Source: Candidatus Enterousia sp. (GTDB lineage: Bacteria; Pseudomonadota; Alphaproteobacteria; Rs-D84). From it: 64,000 bases of DNA. Below the pieces are notes generated by a model, which was given only the letters and a program-made list of their open reading frames with translations, was not told the DNA's origin and did not search any database. Location of the stretch: positions 11,540 through 75,539 of the forward strand of contig JAZLBV010000007.1 of NCBI GenBank assembly GCA_045613925.1. The letters are read 5' to 3'. A program made the position numbers and the translations under genes. Below are positions 55,735-64,000 of the stretch, in pieces (the stretch's first letter is position 1; every line of letters begins with the position of its first letter).

Positions 55735-56463
55735 TTATTTTTCATCCGATTTTATATTTGCTGTGATTGTCGCAAACATTTCCATACGTTTTTTATTAAC
55801 CGGTGCATATTTATTATATATACCGCTGTCCCGTATTGCAATATCTTTGAAAAGTTCTGAACTTCTGGCATAATAATCCGCATCAGATTCAGAAATAAAA
55901 CTGGCAATTTCAACAGTTGCCAAACCGTTTGGATTATAGCCTGATTCTATATCTTCGGGTTTTATCAATAAATTATAAACGTAATAAATGCCATTTTTGT
56001 TGAACTGTGCACTATTCAGAACTATATGTCGGGTATGCGGTGCAATTGCAACATAACCGTGTGTGTTTCTCATGTTTTGTAATTCTGATTCTCTGTCATA
56101 ATCTTTGGTGTGTTCTCTGATTTTTCTGACCACATATGGCCCGATAAATGGACTGCTTTCAACCCAATTATAATCAGGATTATTTGATTCCTTGTTTTTA
56201 TAATCGATTGGTGCAATACAGTTTCTTAATCCGTCTTGGTAATCCATTATTGAATTTACGGTTTCAAAGAAAACGTCCGCCAAGATTCCAGATTTAAATC
56301 TGTATGTACGTTTTTTCTCGATGTGCTCAAAATTTTCAAACTTTCCATTATTTACTAATCCTGTAATCTTTACAAAATTGCCGAACATATTGTCTTTGCG
56401 TTGGGTGTAAAGCATAAAAACATCTGAGACATTTAAACGAATATATTTTTGACCATCTTTCAT
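55735..56463 (-). CDS. hypothetical protein (242 aa)
   Basis: The ORF starts 30 nt downstream of tgt on the same strand. No motif recognised. Confidence 0.5.
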   Translation of the reverse strand: MKDGQKYIRLNVSDVFMLYTQRKDNMFGNFVKITGLVNNGKFENFEHIEKKRTYRFKSGILADVFFETVNSIMDYQDGLRNCIAPIDYKNKESNNPDYNWVESSPFIGPYVVRKIREHTKDYDRESELQNMRNTHGYVAIAPHTRHIVLNSAQFNKNGIYYVYNLLIKPEDIESGYNPNGLATVEIASFISESDADYYARSSELFKDIAIRDSGIYNKYAPVNKKRMEMFATITANIKSDEK

Positions 56464-56492
56464 TTTTGTGTTTCCTTTATATTATAAATTTC

Positions 56493-58873
<2,381 letters not shown>

Positions 58874-58884
<11 letters not shown>

Positions 58885-59914
58885 CTGTGCCCTCCATTTC
58901 TTTTTTAAACAACAAACAGCAATCACCATAGCTGAAAAAGCGATATTTTTCATCAACTGCGTGTTTATAAGCAGATTTCATTTCGTCCAATCCTGCGAAC
59001 GCCGATACCAGCATAAACAGTGTAGATTTTGGCAAATGAAAGTTAGTCAACAACACGTCCACCGCACCAAATTTATAACCCGGTGTGATAAATATATCTG
59101 TGGTTTGACAGATAGGAAGAACACGAACATTTTCCCCTTTGGTTTTTGCCAATTGATGGGCGGATTCTAATGTACGCATAGATGTTGTTCCGACTGCAAT
59201 CACACGGTTTGCGTTGTTTATAATATCTGCCTGTTCGTGGGTGATACAACACCATTCGTGATGCATTTTATGTTCTTTTAAATTTTCCGTTTTAACCGGC
59301 ATCCAGGTTCCGGCGCCAACGTGCAAAGTGATTTTAACTATTTTTGCACCACGTTCTTCGATTTTTTGCATCAATTCATTTGTAAAATGCAACCCCGCAG
59401 TTGGCGCAGCCATGGACCCCAAAGGTTGTGCATATACGGTTTGATAACGTTCCCTGTCTGCAATTTCTTCATCGCGTTTCATATATGGTGGCAAAGGCAT
59501 TTTGCCGTATTTATCCAACAAATCAAAAACATTATCACATTTGAATTTTAACAACAATCCACTTTCATCGTTGGTATCAATAACTTCTATATCTGTGCCA
59601 TCTGGCATAGTTAATATATCGCCAACATTGATTTTATTGAATTTTTTACACAATCCCCACCAGGTTTTATCGTCAACCGCCGTGTGTAATGTTATTTCGT
59701 GTCCAGCAACTACAAATCGTGCAGGTATCACACGTGAATTATTAAACACAACCACGTCGTCCGGTTGCAAATAATCTAAAAAATCAACTATATGTTTATC
59801 AGATATTTCTTTGCCGTCAACCACTAACATACGCGATGCATCGCGACGTTCAAGTGGATGCGATGCAATTAATTCTGTTGGTAATTCAAAATCAAAATCA
59901 GATGTATGATACAT
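58874..59914 (-). CDS. queA: tRNA preQ1(34) S-adenosylmethionine ribosyltransferase-isomerase
   Basis: 'FDFELPTELIASHPLERRDASRMLVV', 'GSMAAPTAGLHFT' and 'GTTSMRTLES' are present. Confidence 0.93.
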
Positions 59915-59915
59915 T

Positions 59916-60323
59916 TTAATACACACGTATTCTGCCACGGGTTATTTGTTGCATAATTGGATTATCTGGATTACGTCTGGCAAAAGTTGGCCCGTCAACG
60001 TCCATAGATGCATCACGGGAACTGATAATAGTGTGATTATCATAAAAACTGTCAGCACCATTGCAATTGAATAATCCGTTGTGAAAACCGAGCACCACGG
60101 TGTCGCCCAATTCAAAACTATCAAACAAATTTGGTTTATGATCCCAATAATATATTTTCGTATTATCAGTATCAACATCACACAATAAAACCATATGATC
60201 ATTAGCGCCAAAAGAACCCATGCCGTCTATGACCGCTCTGTATTCCGTGTCTTTGCATGAATTACCCCCCATTATAATCAATGGTATTGTCATCATTAGT
60301 GTATATTTGGCTTTGTTTTTCAT
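59916..60323 (-). CDS. hypothetical (lipo)protein (135 aa)
   Basis: It has an N-terminal hydrophobic segment ending '...IIMGGNSC'. No other motif. Confidence 0.45.
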   Translation of the reverse strand: MKNKAKYTLMMTIPLIIMGGNSCKDTEYRAVIDGMGSFGANDHMVLLCDVDTDNTKIYYWDHKPNLFDSFELGDTVVLGFHNGLFNCNGADSFYDNHTIISSRDASMDVDGPTFARRNPDNPIMQQITRGRIRVY

Positions 60324-60335
60324 TGTTTTGCCTTT

Positions 60336-61238
60336 TTATTTAAATTCTAATCCCTGGTCAGTATAATTTTCGGCAGTTTCTTCCCAATTTGGTTCAACAC
60401 GAACAAATAAATGTAAACGCGCATTTACACCCCATTGATTTTGTATGTCGTGGCGTGCAGCTGTACCTATTCTTTTTAATTGTTCACCTCCACGACCAAT
60501 AACTATTTTTTTATGCGCGTCGTTTTGAACAACTATTTTTTGATATATATCCAAAACGCCTTCGTCATCAGTATCTACTTTTTCAGTGGCGACATTGATG
60601 TGGTACGGTAATTCTTGGTGGATATATTTATAAATCTTTTCACGTGTTAATTCAGATAGATAAAGCATATCTGGAACATCCGACGCGTCCGCAGCATCAA
60701 ACAAATATGGTGATTCAGGCATAACTTCTGCCAGCGCATTTAACATTTGTTTAACACCGTCATTTTTTAGTGCAGAAATCATAAATATTTCTTTGAATTC
60801 GGCCATATTCGAAATTTCCGCCACCATCGGCAATAAATCGTTTTTCGAAATCGCATCTACTTTGTTAAGTGCGACAAACAAATTTTTATGATTTTTGATT
60901 TTTTCACATAAATCCCGCACCGTTTGTGTTATACCCTTTTGCGCATCTATCAGCAATAAAACCGCATCAGATTCATCCATTGCAGATAATGCCGCAGACA
61001 CCATTGCCCTGTCCAAGCGACGTGTTGGTTTAAACACACCTGGGGTGTCTACAAAAATTAACTGTTTATCACCAACCATTTTTACAGCGCGCAAACGTGT
61101 TCGCGTGGTTTGCACCTTGTGCGAGACAATAGAAACCTTTCGCCCCATAATTTGATTTAAAAGGGTTGATTTTCCGGCATTTGTCGGACCTATGATTGAA
61201 ATAAATCCCGAATATGTTTTTGTCATAATGGAAACCAT
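60336..61238 (-). CDS. era: GTPase Era
   Basis: G1 'GPTNAGKSTLLN', G3 'DTPG', G4 'NKVD' and the KH-domain C-terminus 'VIGRGGEQLKRIG' are present. The start is ambiguous (61238 or 61226). Confidence 0.92.
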   Translation of the reverse strand: MVSIMTKTYSGFISIIGPTNAGKSTLLNQIMGRKVSIVSHKVQTTRTRLRAVKMVGDKQLIFVDTPGVFKPTRRLDRAMVSAALSAMDESDAVLLLIDAQKGITQTVRDLCEKIKNHKNLFVALNKVDAISKNDLLPMVAEISNMAEFKEIFMISALKNDGVKQMLNALAEVMPESPYLFDAADASDVPDMLYLSELTREKIYKYIHQELPYHINVATEKVDTDDEGVLDIYQKIVVQNDAHKKIVIGRGGEQLKRIGTAARHDIQNQWGVNARLHLFVRVEPNWEETAENYTDQGLEFK

Positions 61239-61331
61239 ACCACACGATTTAAAAAAATAAACAAAAATCTTGCAAAATCTATATAATATGCAAAGATAAT
61301 CCACGGAGAGGACAACACAAAGGTTCAAAAT

Positions 61332-62066
61332 ATGCAGTTAACCGGTCCTGAAATTAAACGTGTGATGAACGAACCACACCCGTATAATCCAAACGGTCAT
61401 CCTAATATCGTTATAAAACCATTTTTTGAAGAATGTCTTGGTTCAAACAGTTATGATTTGCATTTGGCACCAGTATTAAAAATTTATAAAAATACTATTC
61501 CAACTGGTATGAAATCAATCATTAAATACGACTCAAATCGCCAAGACTATTCTATGCGGGATTGGTTTGAAACAGCGTATGATTATGAAGAATTTGTATT
61601 AAGACCCGTTTCTTTTGATATTCGCAATCCAAAATATTTACTGGATCCAGCAAAAAAGAACGAAACAATAGAAATAAAAATCCCCGAAACTGGCGCGATT
61701 TTAAATCCAAGTATTGGGTATTTAGGTTCAACAGTAGAATATACTGAAACTTTTAATTTATTCCCATACATAGACGGCAAATCCAGTATTGGACGCAATT
61801 TTATACTAAATCATCATACTGCAGGTCGTGGCGATGATGGTTTTTGTGGAAATTGGACTTTGGAAATACATACCGTGTATCCAACTGTTGTTTATCCAGG
61901 TATGCGAATTGGACAAATATACTATGAACAGTTCACCGGAAAAAGAAAACCGTATCATAAAAATACAGCCAGCCATTACAGAGACCAATCAGGTGCAACG
62001 GCTGCTGCGCCTGTGCCGATTGATGCTTGTGTTCTGCACTATTTAAAAGAACAAAATCATTTATAA
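61332..62066 (+). CDS. dcd: dCTP deaminase family protein (long form, 244 aa)
   Basis: 'NSYDLHL', 'GKSSIGRNFILNHHTAGRGDDGFCGNWTLEI' and 'GMRIGQIYY' are present. It carries an internal insertion relative to ~190-aa Dcd. Confidence 0.8.
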   Translation: MQLTGPEIKRVMNEPHPYNPNGHPNIVIKPFFEECLGSNSYDLHLAPVLKIYKNTIPTGMKSIIKYDSNRQDYSMRDWFETAYDYEEFVLRPVSFDIRNPKYLLDPAKKNETIEIKIPETGAILNPSIGYLGSTVEYTETFNLFPYIDGKSSIGRNFILNHHTAGRGDDGFCGNWTLEIHTVYPTVVYPGMRIGQIYYEQFTGKRKPYHKNTASHYRDQSGATAAAPVPIDACVLHYLKEQNHL

Positions 62067-62070
62067 GAAT

Positions 62071-62099
62071 AAAAAAGACCACAAAATGTGGTCTTTTTT
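62071..62099. terminator. bidirectional terminator (dcd / bamD)
   Basis: A6, hairpin gaccac-aaaat-gtggtc, then T6. It overlaps the bamD stop. Confidence 0.7.
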
Positions 62100-62820
62100 A
62101 TTGCTTTAATTTCTTTGTCCATTCGTTATCTGGGAAATTTTTACGCAACATTTCTGCGTATCCCGCAGATTGTTCGGGCAATCCGATTGCGTTATAACAT
62201 TCTGTTAAACGGAACATCGCTTCGGGTGTCATGACGGTTTCTTGGGCCGTAGATACAACAGATTGCAGACGTGTTATTGCAGATGCCCAATTTTCTTGTT
62301 GCATATCATCCCGCGCAGAATACATTACTTTGCCTGCAATATAGTTTTTTAAGATTAATATCTTGTTTTCTGCATTTTTTGCATATTCCGAATTTGGAAA
62401 TCTATCTGTCAGTTGTTGAAACGACTGTAATGCGTATGCAGACATTTCTGGGTCACGGCGCACATCACTGACCTGGCGATAATAATTCATACCGCGAAGA
62501 TACATCATATATGGAACATCCCTATGTCCTGGATGAAAACGCATATAACGATCAATTACCAATATCGAACCAGCAAAATCATTATCTAGATAACGAGAAT
62601 ACGCCATCATAACCAGCGCATCTGCCGCCCAAGGACTGGCCGGATATTGCGCTTCTGCGGTTTGGAATAAATCCGCAGCTTCATCATAATCTTTGTCGTT
62701 AAATTCTTTGTATGCGTCTTGGTAAATTTCTTCCAATGGACGATCTGGTACGATTTCTTCGCCACCACCACAAGCCGTCAACGCCCCACACATACACAAT
62801 AATAAAATGATTTTTTTCAT
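62098..62820 (-). CDS. bamD: outer membrane protein assembly factor BamD (YfiO-like TPR lipoprotein)
   Basis: It has the lipobox 'ALTACGG' and TPR-like repeats. 'YPASPWAADALVMMAYSRY' and 'FPNSEYAKNA' are typical of BamD. Confidence 0.85.
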   Translation of the reverse strand: MKKIILLLCMCGALTACGGGEEIVPDRPLEEIYQDAYKEFNDKDYDEAADLFQTAEAQYPASPWAADALVMMAYSRYLDNDFAGSILVIDRYMRFHPGHRDVPYMMYLRGMNYYRQVSDVRRDPEMSAYALQSFQQLTDRFPNSEYAKNAENKILILKNYIAGKVMYSARDDMQQENWASAITRLQSVVSTAQETVMTPEAMFRLTECYNAIGLPEQSAGYAEMLRKNFPDNEWTKKLKQ

Positions 62821-62894
62821 ACTTGAATTTCCTTGTTCAATCGCAGTATAATTAAACCGTCTTAAAAATAAAAGAAAAAAAATAGGTTTTGATT

Positions 62895-64000
62895 ATGAAA
62901 CTAGGAAAAAATATATTTGGTGTTGGCGTTATGACTGGGATAAGTCGTATTTTCGGTTTTATTCGCGATATGTTGATTGCAAGATTTCTGGGCGCAGGAC
63001 GATTGTCCGATATATTCTTGGCTGCGTTTAAATTACCAAATTTATTTAGGGATTTATTGGGCGAAGGCGCGTTGTCTGCTATATTTATTCCTATGTATAC
63101 TGATATGAAAAAAGATGAAAATTTTGCTAAAAATGTATTTTCTTGGTTGATGGTTATATTATTGGGGCTGACGATTTTATTTGAAATATTTATGCCTTTG
63201 ATTATATGGGCGCTGGCACCTGGATTTTCAGAAGACCCTGGTAAAATGCAATTAACTGTTATAATCGCGCGAATAATGTTCTTTTATGTGATATTTATAT
63301 GCGGTGCGGCATTTTTATCAGCTGTGTTAAACGCACATTCGCGGTTTTTGTTGGCTGCATTTATGCCAGTGATGTTAAACATTATGCTTATTTGTGCGTT
63401 GTTGGCATCAATCTGGTATGGAAACAGTATCATTTTATACGTTATGGCAGGAACAGTCGTTTTATCTGGTATTGTTCAATTTATAACTTTGCTGGCACGA
63501 ATTCGTGCTAAACATTTTGGATTAAGGTTAATTGTACCACATTGGAACGAACAGATTAAAAGTATGTTCAAAAGATTCTGTGTAAGCTTGGTCGGTTCTG
63601 GATTTTATCAGATAACTATCATCGTCGGAACTTTGGTTGCCAGTTTCGAAAGTGGCGCTGTGTCGTGGTTGTATTATTCAGACAGAATTGTTCAATTACC
63701 ATTTGCTATGATTGGGTTAGCGGTTGGAACTGTGTTAATGTCATCTATTTCTAATGCGTTGGCTGATAAAAATATGCGAAGCGTTTATGTTCAACAAAAT
63801 TCTTCTATGCGACGTTCGTTAATGTTGATTATTCCTTGTATGGTGGGATTGTTTGTGTTGGCAGAGCCTATTATTAAATTTTTGTTTCAATATGGCGCTT
63901 GGACCCCAGAATCTACGCACGCAGTGGCGGCGGCTATCAAGATTCAATGTCTTGTATTGCCGGCTATGTTAATAAGCCAGATTTACAGTAAGACTCTTTA
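62895..64000 (+). CDS. murJ: lipid II flippase MurJ, 3'-truncated by the window edge
   Basis: My own translation reads 'MKLGKNIFGVGVMTGISRIFGFIRDMLIARFLGAGRLSDIFLAAFKLPNLFRDLLGEGALSAIFIPMY', the canonical MurJ/MviN N-terminus. The frame stays open to the window end. Confidence 0.9.
   Translation, partial: MKLGKNIFGVGVMTGISRIFGFIRDMLIARFLGAGRLSDIFLAAFKLPNLFRDLLGEGALSAIFIPMYTDMKKDENFAKNVFSWLMVILLGLTILFEIFMPLIIWALAPGFSEDPGKMQLTVIIARIMFFYVIFICGAAFLSAVLNAHSRFLLAAFMPVMLNIMLICALLASIWYGNSIILYVMAGTVVLSGIVQFITLLARIRAKHFGLRLIVPHWNEQIKSMFKRFCVSLVGSGFYQITIIVGTLVASFESGAVSWLYYSDRIVQLPFAMIGLAVGTVLMSSISNALADKNMRSVYVQQNSSMRRSLMLIIPCMVGLFVLAEPIIKFLFQYGAWTPESTHAVAAAIKIQCLVLPAMLISQIYSKTL

Overview
This is an AT-rich, tightly packed bacterial chromosomal window. 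It holds about 60 protein genes, 5 tRNA genes and many hairpin plus T-run terminators, several of them shared by convergent genes. I saw no rRNA, CRISPR array, transposase or prophage genes. The marker set points to an alphaproteobacterium-like Gram-negative: DUF1013/TrcR-like, DUF2155-like, an AddA-type helicase-nuclease, RNase J, IHF-beta, SIMPL/DUF541, BamD and long-tailed S16. This placement is inferred from gene content only. The housekeeping backbone includes tadA, rsmD, rplY, dnaK, pfkA, the rpsP-rimM-trmD-rplS operon, tsaD, xseA, recN, rpoD, cysS, a fused accD-accA, ihfB, a peroxiredoxin, amiC, prfB (with the classical +1 frameshift), rnj, rpsD, xerC/D, csp, tgt, queA, era, dcd, bamD and murJ. 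Several accessory or unusual loci interrupt this backbone. (1) An AbiEii-type nucleotidyltransferase is translationally coupled to a small metallophosphoesterase, with no AbiEi-like partner. (2) A 468-aa protein carries a divergent RelA/SpoT-synthetase-like core. (3) Two homologous riboswitch-like leaders with intrinsic terminators precede a secreted PLD nuclease gene and a G+C-rich cluster of secreted cysteine-repeat proteins. (4) Two tRNA genes are each followed by a partial copy of their own 3' end, preceded by a related structured ~70-80 nt segment. (5) There is a Slam-like (TPR + DUF560-type barrel) and surface-lipoprotein gene pair. (6) An AddA-like gene is split at a homopolymer. (7) Small lineage-specific ORFs sit inside the trmD operon. 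(8) A promoter and 5' coding segment is duplicated within a cluster of uncharacterised LRR, membrane and secreted proteins. All functional calls rest on motif-level reading of the translations. No database search was run.
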